A stretch of DNA of 63,764 nt, counting the filler, from Conidiobolus incongruus B7586 (lineage: Eukaryota), in the NCBI GenBank assembly GCA_000697335.1. It is 25 parts of 25 records of this genome, joined end to end, with 100 filler letters (N's around TTAATTAATTAA, not from the genome) between each part and the next. Parts side by side here need not be neighbours in the genome. Positions count along the whole stretch, not along the records: positions 23,624 to 31,262 come from JNEM01005931.1; positions 31,363 to 32,696 come from JNEM01005933.1; positions 32,797 to 33,884 come from JNEM01005934.1; positions 33,985 to 35,692 come from JNEM01005939.1; positions 35,793 to 39,063 come from JNEM01005942.1; positions 39,164 to 40,855 come from JNEM01005943.1; 19 more parts are not named here. One strand, given 5' to 3'. Made by a program: the position numbers and the translations under genes. The notes beneath the pieces were generated by a model, which saw nothing but the letters and a program-made list of their open reading frames with translations, searched no databases and was not told where the DNA came from. The stretch's first letter is position 1, and each line of letters begins with the position of its first letter. Of this stretch, positions 27,049-40,955 are shown one piece after another.

Positions 27049-28692
27049 ATGAAGCTATGCCCTAACTTTGGCAATAAAGATCACCCAATGACTCCAACAC
27101 ATCAAGTAAAGTTCGGTGAAATCCAAGTGATTTCTTCACCCATTCCACGCAAAAGTTCTTCACCATGCATACTTAAACCCACCCATCAACATCATAAATC
27201 TGAACCAACAAACTATAATAACCCCCAACGTACACCAACCACACCAAAACAAAGAATGAAGGAATTAGGGTTCAAAGTAGAAAAAGATTTAAATAAAAAG
27301 CTTCCTCCTGTCCCGATCAAACATCTTCCCCAGGACAATATACAGGGGTATTTACCACGTCAAGAGCTGAAAAATTCAGAATTCCCAAAGTTTGGATTCA
27401 GAACTGGTTTGGACAAAATGTATAAATCCAGCTCAACTCCTCACTTAAACCATTTTGATTCTAATTCTCATCTACCCAAACCCATTCTCAAACCTCAGGC
27501 TAGACCTGCTCCTTCTCTCTTCAATACAAAACAACCTGTGATTCCTCCTAAATACAACCGAAATCCTCCTCCTCCCCTTAATTTAAATAATAATTTGCAC
27601 CCTCCAAAACCTATTGTAGTAGCTGTGCCTACACAAAAATCTCAACCAAACACACAGTTTATCTCAGACAGCAACCCAAGCGATTTGAGCCAATTTATTT
27701 CAAATTTTCATAACACTCTCTCTTCAGGAGAAGACGATTCTTCGTTAGAAATTAAAACAGAAAAAAGCCCTACAGGATTTGACTGGATCAAAGACATGAA
27801 CTATAATCACCCCCACTTACATTACAACAACCGTCAATCATACTCAATCAAAGGTGATCCCGCTGACCTTTCTGGATTAGATGGATCTTTTTCAGAATCC
27901 TTCTTCTCCATATCTATTTCCTCCCCAGCTACAATCTTATCGCCAAGTGATAGTGACTCACACTCCGAGCATAGTTTAATTACTCCCAAGGATGATACTA
28001 CCAATAGCCCCTTATCCCAAACTCTAGATATTCTCTGTGGTGATTCAAATCACCATAGTGTCATTGATACTCCTGATGAATCTATCAATATAGCTTTATC
28101 GGATATTGCGAAAGCAAACCTTGGTAAATGGAGTCAATTGCGGGAGCGAAAATTGCCCCGCCGTGGCAAACAAGCGGCTGGAGTCGGAAGCGGTCAAAGG
28201 ACGCGCTCCCGCAACGCCCATCCTGCGCCCGTACTTAGTCCAACATCTACCCGACCTGAAAATCCTTCTGTTACTTTCTCTCCCTCCTCTCTTAATCAAA
28301 AGCATCACACACCCGAACCCGACCTATCCTACGACCTCACTGGCATTCTTGAGTCCTACAAATATACAAGACAGCGCGATAACAGCCAAGGTTATGACAT
28401 ACATGATGATGTTAGCTCCATCATTAACTTGTATCTTGATCCGGAGACCATTCCCGAACTCCCTGCACTCTCTACAGCCACATCCCACGATGGCGACTGC
28501 GATGAGGAGGAAGCCAACGAAACTTTTCACGATGTCAAAAGCTCACTTGGATTGCTTGAGCGTATTCACAAAGGCTTAAAGTTAAATAATGATGAAAATT
28601 CTGAGAGTGAAGACGTAGAAGCTGGAGGCGACTTTATTGATCTCTATTTCCCAGATTTAGCATACTGTCAGAATGGCACTCAAAACAACTAA
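27049..28692 (+). CDS. Hypothetical Pro/Ser-rich, probably intrinsically disordered protein, 547 aa
   Basis: Long intronless ORF in a GC-rich island. Basic/Pro-rich N-terminus (KKLPPVP, NPPPPL), Ser-rich middle and acidic C-terminus; no domain recognised. Confidence 0.88.
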   Translation: MKLCPNFGNKDHPMTPTHQVKFGEIQVISSPIPRKSSSPCILKPTHQHHKSEPTNYNNPQRTPTTPKQRMKELGFKVEKDLNKKLPPVPIKHLPQDNIQGYLPRQELKNSEFPKFGFRTGLDKMYKSSSTPHLNHFDSNSHLPKPILKPQARPAPSLFNTKQPVIPPKYNRNPPPPLNLNNNLHPPKPIVVAVPTQKSQPNTQFISDSNPSDLSQFISNFHNTLSSGEDDSSLEIKTEKSPTGFDWIKDMNYNHPHLHYNNRQSYSIKGDPADLSGLDGSFSESFFSISISSPATILSPSDSDSHSEHSLITPKDDTTNSPLSQTLDILCGDSNHHSVIDTPDESINIALSDIAKANLGKWSQLRERKLPRRGKQAAGVGSGQRTRSRNAHPAPVLSPTSTRPENPSVTFSPSSLNQKHHTPEPDLSYDLTGILESYKYTRQRDNSQGYDIHDDVSSIINLYLDPETIPELPALSTATSHDGDCDEEEANETFHDVKSSLGLLERIHKGLKLNNDENSESEDVEAGGDFIDLYFPDLAYCQNGTQNN

Positions 28693-31362
28693 TTTCGCCA
28701 GTGAAAACTCTAAAAATCTTCAATCTTGTAATTAATGTTAATAATCATATCATCAACATTACCAATATCTCCCTATCACACTCCACTCAACTACCACTAC
28801 CACGTTATACAAAGAAACTCGCGTTTTTGGGAACTTTGTCCCACGCTCTAATTCATTTAGGATTTTGTCTGGATTTCAAAACTCTCAATGACCATATTAT
28901 TGTATTTATGTAATTTAAACCATATCTCCAAACCCAACCAATACTAAAAATTTAATAATAATATTAAGCCCAAAATGAATAAAGTTCAAGATTAATTAAT
29001 ATCAATAATCATCGCTTTTTAACCTATAAATTTTACACTTTGGTTTAGATTTACTCTGTAATAAATTTGTGCAACATTAGTGTGGATTTGAGATCAAATG
29101 ATATTAGTGTTACATCTTTTTCATTCCGTTTATTAACACTTTCCAAATATTCTTGAATGGATTTGTACTTTTACAAGTTAGGTGAGAGATGTTTTTCAAT
29201 TCAAGGTATTATCGCAATAATTGAAGCTGTAACTCCTAGTTATCATACTGCAATAAACTGTGTCGCTAGTAAGAGAAAATAAGATAATGTTTTTATATTT
29301 TGTTTATTTTTTCATTTTAATAACTTTTTTGTATTTTAAAAATTACACATTAGTTATATTAATATACATTATTTTAATTTCAATTCTATTTTCAAAAGTT
29401 GCTTTGATTTTTATCAAAGGTATATTTTAATTATTTTTTAGAATAATGTATCAGAATTATTCAAGCGACTAATATAATCCAGTAACTCATATGAATTGTT
29501 GAAAAATAGTCATTGCAAATGGAAGATAAAAAAAATAAAATTCGATTTTGTTAGAACGAATAACTTGTATAATAAAACCTTAAAATCATTGTAATTTTCC
29601 TGTCTCAACATCCGAAGAGTTCACATATTATTTCATCAATTTATTCAAGATATTAAATAAATATATAAATAATAATTTCAGTTGTAAGTTAAAATATAGT
29701 TTGAATTTCATTTAATTTTCAAAATGTAAAATATTTCTTCAATAAATACTAAGATGCTATCATAATATTCCAGCCAATTGAATTTCATTGATAAATAGGT
29801 TTTCAAAATAAAATATTATATCTATTACTTTTAATATTATCAATATTACTAGCTAATAATATCAAAAATTATAATATATCATTAATCAAATTTATTTCAA
29901 TTAAATACTTTGGCACTTCAAATTTAATAAATATCTTATGATTAGAATAACTATAAAAGAAAATAAGATATTTAAATATTATTACAATGTAAATTCAACT
30001 TTAAAAGTTTTTCATTAATTTAATTTAAGTTTTAGAAAAAATTACAGTTGTTATATAAATTATTCATAATATAGAACTATTTATGTTAATATATTTTATT
30101 GAATATCAAATTATTTAATAACATGAATAGAAGTTTATTATAAAATTTGTGTTACTTAGGTTGAATTCGATATTTATAAAATCAATAAATTAATATTTAA
30201 AAAAATTCATTTTTATATATACCATTGTTAAGATATATTTTAATATATAGCTGATAAAATATTATAGTTAACTTAATACCAACCGAAAAATAAATAAATC
30301 AAAATTTAAACCCATACAATTATAACATGTATTTTTTATTCTAATTTATAAATATTGCATCAAATGTTATATAATTCAATAAATAATTTTTCATTATTCA
30401 TACAAATTTTTTAAAAAATTAAAAATAATTCTTTATCAAGCAAAATCTATTATAATTGTTTTCAATTTTTTAAAGTGTTTATAGTGAATATTATCTTTTT
30501 CAAAAGTCAAATATAGACTAATAATTTAAAAAAACTCTCAAACACTAAATATATCAACTATTTATATAAAATTACTGATTAATTAATCAAAATTTTATTA
30601 AATTTTGGTTTTAATATTATATCTTGATAAAAATAAAATTAAACCATATTTTCAAATAAATGCTTAATAATAATTTAATTAATAATATCAACATATTATT
30701 ATATATATTAAAACATTTGAATATTTAATAAGTTAATGATTATAGAATATATCTATATAATTGGTATATATTAATAATATATATCTATATATTAAAATAA
30801 ATAAATATTTTATTTATCTAGGAAAATTATTTATTTATATTATTTTAATAATCAAATATTAATTAAGGATTTCGAAATTTTAACGAAATAAATATAGATT
30901 TCATATATTATTTTTAAATTTTATATTTGTTTATTTTGATTAATATTCAATAAATGAATAACTTATATAAATATCTCTATTATATTATATACTTCGAAAT
31001 TTTAATTCTATTCATTTAGTCATTATAATTTTTTAGTATTATATAAAATAAAACTATTCATAAATATAATATAATCGATAAACATTAAGTTTAATTATTA
31101 TATTCACAATAAAATTCTTATTTTTATTATTATTAAAAAAATTGAAATTTATATTCATATATTATTACTTTTAATTATAATAATAATATGGAAATATATT
31201 CTTTTTATAATAATAAATAAATTTATAAAATACATTTTACAAAAATATTTGTTTATTAATTTNNNNNNNNNNNNNNNNNNNNNNNNNNNNNNNNNNNNNN
31301 NNNNNNTTAATTAATTAANNNNNNNNNNNNNNNNNNNNNNNNNNNNNNNNNNNNNNNNNNNN

Positions 31363-32317
31363 ATTATTATTTCTATATATATTTTATATTATATTAGATA
31401 TTATTTATATTTTAAAACAAACACTCCTAATTAAAAAAATCCAATTATAAAATTAAATAAGAATTTAAATATCACCACAAAAATTAAATTAAAATTAATT
31501 AAAGTAAGGTTATTAAATTTAATAAAATAAAAATATATTTTAGTAAATTTAATAAATAAGTTAAATATTTTAAAAAAGATAAAAAATTACTTTATAACAA
31601 TTATATTATTTGAACCCAAAAATATAATAATAGGTTAATTATAATTTAAGGATATATATTATCTTCTAGTATAAAATATCTTTATAAAGTTAATAAAGGA
31701 ATTAATATTGAGTTATATTAAAATATTCTCAATAATAAATTAAAAGAAACTATTAAATAATATAAGTTAAATAAATCAAATGTTATTTTTTAACATGATA
31801 ATACCCTTTGTTATATTATTGTTTCTATTACCAAATGGTTTAAAAAAATAAAATAATAGTTATAAAGTAATTTTTTAATCTTTTATTTTAAATTTAGTTA
31901 AACATTTTTAAATTTAAATAAATAAAATAGTTAAAATTTTCCCACCAACAAAAAATTTAAATAATATTTAAAATATATTTAAAAAGCTCAAATCAAAATT
32001 AATCTTTAATATAAGAAATTAATTGACTTTATATCTTTTAAACTTAAGGAAGTTAATGTAACAAATAATAAATATATTAAGTTTCAGTTTTCTTTTTATA
32101 AATAAAATATATAAATATATCACTTATCTTAAATAAACTTTGAATTTTAATATATTAGTTAAAAGTTTATATAATTTAATTTAATATATTTTATGATAAA
32201 TAAATAATATAAGTTTAATATATATCTTAATATAAATTGATTTAATTAAGATTTAAAAAAATTATTGATAAAAATATATACAATTATAATATTATAACTT
32301 ACTTTTGTAGGCAAATA
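31363..32317 (+). mobile_element. Tc1 relic (transposase + right end)
   Basis: Colinear with the family; ends ataacttacttttgtaggc, a degenerate TIR. Confidence 0.88.
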
Positions 32318-32439
32318 TATTTTATATTTGAAATTACTTATTTTTGAAAATAATTTATATATAGTTTATTTCTTTAATTTATAAATTTTATAATAATGTT
32401 AAAAAATTAAAAATTAGATATTTTTTTGAAATAATCATT

Positions 32440-32696
32440 ATTCCCGATAGATATATTATAATATAAATTTTATTTTATATTTAATATTATATATATCATT
32501 AAATGATGATATTTAGCTATTAATTGGCTAAAATATAAACCTTTAAATTTTACCTAAGGTGAGTTATAAATTTGCAGGTTTTTAGTGATAAAAAAAAATT
32601 AAAACCTAGTGTATCTACCTTTAACTTTTCTAACTTCTTTAAGTTTGTGGGGTATAGAATCAACTAACTTTTTACACTAAGAAGGGTTAATCTTGT
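32440..32696 (-). mobile_element. Tc1 right-end fragment
   Basis: cctaaggtgagttataaatttgcaggtttt inner repeat plus the transposase C-terminus on the minus strand. Confidence 0.85.
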
Positions 32697-32796
32697 NNNN
32701 NNNNNNNNNNNNNNNNNNNNNNNNNNNNNNNNNNNNNNNNTTAATTAATTAANNNNNNNNNNNNNNNNNNNNNNNNNNNNNNNNNNNNNNNNNNNN

Positions 32797-33884
32797 AAAA
32801 TTTATATTAAATAGTGTTAATATCTTATAATATTAATAAAATATAGATTTAATCTTAAAAATAATATATAAGACAAAATATAATAAGAATTAAGAAGAAA
32901 AAAAAACATTAATTTATTATATAATTTAATATTATTTATATAATTAATGTAGCTATAAATATACAAATTAACTATATAATTTATATTTAATTAAATTATA
33001 AAGAAATATTTATAAGAATTGAAAAAACTAATCTTTTAATACTCCCTTAATATGTTTTTTAAAGGAGACACATTTTTTAAATTTTTTCAAATAGGTATAA
33101 TAAGCTAAAATATTCTTAATATTTTCTAGAGGTTCTATATAGTTTTTTTAATAAGATAACTTATTAATTTTATATAAAAATAAATCTTATTCCTAATAAA
33201 TTTAGATTAAATTATATAATTAAAATAATATTTTTCTTTGCTATCTTAATTGGTAATTAAATCTAGTTTTGAGGTTTTTAATCAATTAAGAAATATATTA
33301 AAATATTTAAAACAATATTTAATATTAGATATATAGAAGATAAAGTTAATTTTTAAAATTGGGGGTAATTCTAAGATAATATTTTGAAAATTTAAATCAA
33401 TTGATTAAATCTTATAAGGAAAATAATATAATGGTTAGTATTTTAGATTTAAGTTAAATTTAAGCAAAATAAATTTAAAGGTAGATAGTTCTAGATAAAC
33501 AAATATATTAGTTTTATATTTAATATAATTTATAAATAACTTTAAATATTGTTATTTTATAATTCTTTAAATTTTTTTTAAGTTAAATTTAACAAGGGAT
33601 TAATATATTTGATATTAAATTAAAATTTAATAATATCTAAAAATAGGCTAATATAAAGTTTTAAATCAATTATTAAATTAAATTATTTATTATAATTAAT
33701 GACATAAAAGCTAAAAGTAATTGATTTATTAATAAAGGTATTAAATAAATACTAAAGTTAATAAATATAGATATTTTAGGTTAATTTATAAATATTAATA
33801 TGGGCTTTAATTAGTTATTTCAAAGTTTTGATAGTTTTTTCAATAAATTTATAAATATAGTGATAATTAATAATAAACATAATT
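32797..33884 (-). mobile_element. Ty3/Gypsy chromovirus relic: integrase GPY/F module, chromodomain, PPT (33042-33048) and 3' LTR (32797-33041)
   Basis: Minus strand reads PLYY.PYKI..LELPP.LKI...F..S.IK (33320-33445) and IYFYIK...Y....N..EPLENIKN (33115-33188). Then AAGGGAG immediately before T(G>A)TTA, the LTR start shared with 36316, 46344 and 57283. Confidence 0.75.
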
Positions 33885-33984
33885 NNNNNNNNNNNNNNNN
33901 NNNNNNNNNNNNNNNNNNNNNNNNNNNNTTAATTAATTAANNNNNNNNNNNNNNNNNNNNNNNNNNNNNNNNNNNNNNNNNNNN

Positions 33985-35692
33985 TAAAGGTGGATATACT
34001 AGGTTTTAATTTTTTTTATCACCAAAAACCTATAAATTTATAACTCACCTTAGGTAAAATTTAAGTATTTATATTTTAACCAATTAATAGCTAAATATCA
34101 TCATATAATGATATATATTATTAATATATATAATAATTTCCAAAAATAAGTAATAAAATTAAAAATATATTTTTTTTAATTAATAACTAAAATAATTATA
34201 TATATTGGATTATTTAAAAGTATAATATAAAATTAACATATATTATTTGATAATAAATAAAAATATTTAAAAATATTAAACAAATTACTAGCAAAAATAT
34301 TAACCCTTAATATTTAATCAAAATAAATATTAAATTCATGGGTTTTTAAGATAAAAGGATGAATTTAAAAATATAACCTTATTTTTATTTTCTTGATAAT
34401 ATTTTATATAATATTTTTGAATATATTAAAATCTTGTTCTTAATATTATTACACTTAAATTACTTTATAAAAAAAATTCTTTTATATATATTAATTAACT
34501 TTAAAAAAAGTTAAATTAACTTATGATACTATTAGAGTTACTAATGTTAGCTAGTTTATTATAGTTAAAGCTATTAAGAATATCAATAAAAATATATTTA
34601 AATTTAAAATTAAATGCTTTAAAATTATAAATAAATATATTGAGCAATATATTTATAAATCAATTAATATAAGTAAATATGATATTGTTTTAAAAATATA
34701 ACAAGAATTATAAAATTATATAATAATATTAATTAGTATTGACATTATTATATATGTTTTATATAAATATAAATATTATTTATATTTTAAGATAAAACAC
34801 CCCTAATTAAATAAATCCTATTATAAAATTTGGTGGGAATTTGAATATTATTATTAATATCAAATTAAAACTAATTAAAATAAAATTATTTAATTTAGTA
34901 AAACAAAAATATATCTTAATAGATAAAATAAAAAAACTAGATGCTTTAGAAAAGATATAAAATTATTTAATTACTATTATGTTATTTTAACCCAAAAATA
35001 TAATAATAGGTTAATTATTATTAGGGATATATATTGTATTTAAATAAAAAATATCATTATAAGGTTAATAAATAAATTAATATCAAAATATATTAAAGAA
35101 TTCTAAATAATAAATTGAAAAAAAACTATTTAATAATATAGATTCAACAAATTTAATATTATTTTCTAACAAGATGATCCTTTTGATATATTATAGCTTT
35201 TAATATCAAATAGCTTAAAAATAACAAGATTATAATTATAAAATAACTTTTTTAATCTTTAAACTTTAATTTGATAGAATATTTTTAAGATCAATTAAAA
35301 AAGCTTTTAATATTTTCCTTTTAACAAAAGATTAAAATTAGTTTTAAAAATATATTCAAGAATTATAAAATAAGATTGATTTTTTTTAATATAAAAAGTT
35401 AGTTAATTCTATATCCCACAAATTTATAAAAGTTAGAAAAGTTTATGATAGATATATTAGATTATTTTTTTTATTAAAAAACCTACAAATTTATAACTCA
35501 CTTTAAATAAAATTTAAGAGTTGATATTTTAACTAATTAATAACTAATAATTATTATTTAATTAACTTATTATTAATAAATATATATAATTTTAATTATT
35601 TAATTTAAGTTTATTTCATTAGATATAGATTAAGTTATATATAAAAATATAAGTATTTTTGATTTTATGATTTATTTTTGCAAGTTAATATA
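33985..35692 (+). mobile_element. Tc1 right-end fragment (33985-34130) followed by a full-length Tc1 relic (about 34132-35690)
   Basis: Both ends with outer and inner GTGAGTCATAA-derived repeats, a full decayed transposase, and TA at 35691-92. Confidence 0.9.
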
Positions 35693-35792
35693 NNNNNNNN
35701 NNNNNNNNNNNNNNNNNNNNNNNNNNNNNNNNNNNNTTAATTAATTAANNNNNNNNNNNNNNNNNNNNNNNNNNNNNNNNNNNNNNNNNNNN

Positions 35793-36316
35793 ATAATATA
35801 TAGTATTAAATTTAAATGAAATAAATTATAGATAAAATTTAAAATAGTAATAATTAAGTTTAATATAAATAATTATTAATTTCTAATAGGTTTTTAATAA
35901 TTTTATTATTATTATTATATAAGTATAGTAGTAATTAAACTAATATAGTATAAAAGAAGATTTAATATAAAAATAATATGTGTAAAATGTGGTAATATAA
36001 TAAAGTTATAGTATACAAGTATAAACAAAGTTTAATTAAACTTTAAATTAGGATGAGTTACTAATATATTAAAATTTATATTAGGTAGTGTTAATATCCT
36101 ACAATATTAATAGAATATAGTTTTAATTTTAGAAATAGTATAAAAGTAAAAAATAATAAGAATTGTGAAGAAAAAAAAGAGACCTAGTTTATTAAATAAT
36201 TTAATGTTATTTATACAATTAATTTAACTATATAAGTATAAATTAATCATATAATTTATAGTTAATTGGATTATATGAAAGTGTATATAAAAATTTAAAG
36301 AACTAGTCTCTTAACA
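35793..36316 (-). repeat. LTR of the Gypsy element, partial
   Basis: Colinear with 45784-46344; terminus aactagtctcttaaca. Confidence 0.8.
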
Positions 36317-37959
36317 AAAGAATAAAACTTGATTAGTAAATATAATTTACAAAATTATACAATTTTTATCTAAAGTAATTTTAAATTTTAATATATATAA
36401 TCTTGATTATTTTGAATAATATATAGTACTATTATTGAATTTATATTTTATATTCAAAATACAATAGAATACTAAAGTTTTTAATTAATTACAGTTGCTG
36501 AAAGCTTATCAAAGATTCTGAGCAAAACTATTTTTCAAATTCCAATTAAATATCAGTATATTTTTAATTTTGTCAAACACAAACTTATAAAAACAATTCT
36601 TTAACTCTGAAAATCTAAGTGATATGATTTTAGCAAAGTCTTAGTTTTAAATTAATATGAATATTTATATATGAGGAGTACAAATCCAACTTGATAAATC
36701 AAATCTTATATGGCTGTCCCTTAATTTAAATCCTTATCAGAAGAATATATAAACCTGAAATATATTTTTACTTACATCAAATATATATTTCATATCGTAT
36801 TTTGTGATAACACGAGGATAGTATTTATATATAATTATTTACATTAAATTATGATGCTATAATAGAATTCCATATTCAATTTGTCGTGAAAATTTTTAAA
36901 CTTCAAAAAGTAGTAGATTTATTGAATAAATTTAATATCTAAATATTATTGTGGTGAGTAATAACATGTATTTATACCTAGAGTGATATCATTTAATAAT
37001 AAATTTTAAAGGTACAATTTTTATTAATATTGATGGAATTCAATAATGTTGAAATGTAATCAAAATAACTAATTTCAAGTTAACGTGATTTTACAAAAAG
37101 CTGATATTAAGTACAATAATCATGTTAGAAGTAGTTGTATTTAAAATATCCAGGTATATTATATCAAATAAATATATATAGTAAATTTTAATATTTATTA
37201 ATTTTATCCCATTTTCAAATAAAATTTCAATTTAATAAAAGAAATTCCAAATTCACAAAATTAAATAACATTAATATTTTGATCATTTTATATCATTTAT
37301 TTTAATCAATATATTTACTTTTAATAAACCTTGGATTATTAAAATATTAATAAACCCTACATTAAATTGTATTATGGATATGATGATAAATTTAAGCATT
37401 AACCTTATTGTTTAGATATTTGATCCATTTGCCGTTGTTTCAAAGATTAGAATATGTATTCAAATATTTTAATTTTATCAAGTTATGTATATTATTTGAT
37501 CAATTTGATTATTTATGGCTTAGATATATCTCCATTAAGAAATTCTGGTTCAATTTTTAAACATATTAAATATCTTACTCATATGATATTAAAAACTTAT
37601 TTCAATTTGGTTTAATTATTTTATAATTCAATAAGGATAACAAGTTAAAGAAAATATAATTAAATACAAATGACGACCCATTGATAAAATACAAAATTCA
37701 TAATTGATTCAATAAGTGAATTATTTTGATATTTCTTTTGAATGACGTCACATTAATCAAGTATAAATTTTAATTTTATATTAATAGCTGAACTGATAAA
37801 AAATATCAAATTAAATCTAGTACTATACTATCATCACGAATTAAAGTTTCTATGGTAAAATTAATTTTTAAGGAAATTTATAACCCAATGATCTTATTAA
37901 TCGCGAATAAATTACCATTTTAACTAACAATTGGAATTTTGATGATAAACATACTCTTT

Positions 37960-38230
37960 TAAAACTCCGTCGTTTACAGTTCCATAAGTTACGGGATGGT
38001 GAAAATCAACATTGGAATTAGTGTTCTGTGAAGTGATTCTTTCAAATAAAACGCTGTCAAATTTTGTTATGAATTTGATTGTGACTAAGTATAAAAACTA
38101 AGGGGTTTTTTCTTCATCGTTCCAAAAAATGTTTTTATATTGTAGATAAACGCAACTAAAATATTAGTTGCTTTTATCAAAGCATCATCTATCAACATGA
38201 ACATGATTAAATGTATGACTCATAAATACA
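37960..38230 (-). repeat. Partner copy of 9449-9725
   Basis: See 9449-9725. Confidence 0.75.
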
Positions 38231-39358
38231 ACACATACAATATTTCAAATGCTAGTAATACTATATTTTTTTGAACTGATTAATATGAATAATATTAAAA
38301 TTTCTTATTATTATTCTAAAATAATTATTTCATCTTCATTTTTTATTTAATAGAATTAATGATGAATTTACAGCTGTTATAAACTTTATATTCAAATTCT
38401 CAGTTACTTTTTTCAATGATCCAAAATCACATGTTTTCAAAGCATCAATTCTAATATTTATTAGTCAAAATTTTGAATTATATTAAAATACTGAAGCGAA
38501 TTAATTAAACCAAAGCCAATACTTTGAGAATAGATCATTTGGATTACATACTAAGTCTAGTTTCTATATAATTTTAATTTCTTAATATTATCAATAGTTT
38601 TTTAATTAATAATTTCATAAACCTTAACCCTATTTGTAAATCAACCAACAATCTTACATTTAATTCCCCTAATGTTGATATCAAATTTATCTTATATACC
38701 TAGCATTTATTTTTATTTAATCCTGTTTATTCATTTTTAATTTTAATACACTGTCAATTGAGTATTAAAGTAGATATTATTAATTGATGGATCAATATTA
38801 ATATTTATGTCAAGCATAATAATTAGATATTTTATAATTTTTTAAATAGAAATTTGATAACAATTTAATATATTATTATAAAAATCAAACAATGGTAAAA
38901 TTTCAAAACTTAATATTTTTAATTTATGATTAATAAAAATTATAAATAATATAGAATTAACACTCTTTTTTATTATTAATAGCATTTTGCAATATTTTGG
39001 CAAATTTTCAATATTTAAAAATATTTCTTTATATTAAAAATTATAATTTAATATTTTATAATTNNNNNNNNNNNNNNNNNNNNNNNNNNNNNNNNNNNNN
39101 NNNNNNNTTAATTAATTAANNNNNNNNNNNNNNNNNNNNNNNNNNNNNNNNNNNNNNNNNNNNACCTTAATTAAAATAAATTAACTAAAATAATAATTTT
39201 AATAATCTTATAAGTTAATTGATTTTTAGTATTATATTAATTAATATAAAAAAGAATTTTTTTAGATAAAGATTAAAGTATCATAAAATTAATTTTAAAA
39301 TATTAGCTTAATAATTTAATAATATATGTTATATAATAGAAGAAAAAGAAAATTTATA

Positions 39359-40855
39359 TACCAACCTATAAAAGTAAGTTATAAAATCAAAAATATATAT
39401 ATTTTAATTAATAACTAAAATAAATATATATATTAGATTACTTGAAACTATAATATATAATTAAGGTATATTATTTAATAATAAATAAATATATTTAGAT
39501 ATATTTAGTAAATTATTAATAGAAATATTAACCTTTAATATTTAACCAAGATAAGTCATAAATTTGCAGGTTTTTGAAATAAAGGGATATATTTAATAAT
39601 ATATAGCCATATTTTTTTTTGTTATTATATTAATTATATTTTATAGATATACTAAATTTTTTTATTAGTATTATTATACTTAAATCCCTTTTCAAAAAAA
39701 TCTATTTATAAATTAATTAACTTTAAAAAGAAAATAAATCAACTTATAATATCATTAGAATTATTAGTGTTAATTATTTTATTATAGTTTTAACTGTTAA
39801 GAATAATAATAAAAAAATATTTAAACTTAAACTTAAGTATATTAAAATTATAAATAAATATAATGAGAAGTATATTTATAAGTTAGTTAATATAAGCAAA
39901 TGTAATACTATTATAGAAATATAATAAGAATTATAAAATTATACAAAAATATTATTTAATTTTAATATTATTATATGTATTTTATATTAACATAGATATC
40001 ACTTATATTTTAAGAAAAAACACCCTTAATTAAAGAAATCCTATTATAAAGTTAAATAAAAGTTTAAATATTATTACTAATATTAAATTAAAATTAATTA
40101 GAGTAAGGTTAGTTAATTTAATGAAACAAAAATATATTTTAGTAAATTTAATAAAAAAGCTAAATACTTCAAAAAAAATATAAAACTATTTAATAATCAT
40201 TATATTAATTTTACTTTAAAGTATAATAATAGGTTAATTATTATTTAAGCATATATATTATCTTTAAGTATAAGGTATTTTTATAAAACTAATAAGGGAA
40301 TTCATACTAAAATATACTAGAGTATTTTAAATAATGAATTAAAAAAATATTAAATATTATAAGTCAAACTAATTTAATATTATTTTTAATGAGATAATAT
40401 ATTTTGTTATATTATAAATTTTACTACTAATTAGCTTAAAAATAATAAGATAATAGTTATAAAGTAGATTTTTTAATCTTTTAATTTTAATCTAATTAAA
40501 TATCTTTAGAATTAGTTAAAAAAAGTTATTAAAGCTTTTTTTAACAAAAGATTTAAATCAACTTTAAAAATATATTTAAGAAGTATAGAACAAGATTAAC
40601 CTTTCTTAATATAAGAAGTTAATTGATTTTATACCCTATAAACTTAAAGAAGTTAAAAAAGTTAAAGATAGATACACTAAATTTTAATTTTTTTTATCAC
40701 TAAAAACCTATAAATTTATAACTCATCTAAAATAAAATTTAAAGATTTATATTTTAACCAATTAATAGCTATATATTATCATTTAATGATATATATAATT
40801 AATCAATATAATAGATTTTAATTATTTAATTTAAATTTATTATATTAAATATTAA
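39359..40855 (+). mobile_element. Tc1 relic, near full length
   Basis: TA + taccaacctataaaagtaagttataaaatcaaaa left TIR, full decayed transposase, right inner repeat at about 40715. Confidence 0.9.
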
Positions 40856-40955
40856 NNNNNNNNNNNNNNNNNNNNNNNNNNNNNNNNNNNNNNNNNNNNT
40901 TAATTAATTAANNNNNNNNNNNNNNNNNNNNNNNNNNNNNNNNNNNNNNNNNNNN

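Noticed and set aside
28096..28913. Small ORFs overlapping or following the 547-aa gene
   Set aside because: Alternative-frame, antisense or 3'-UTR by-products.
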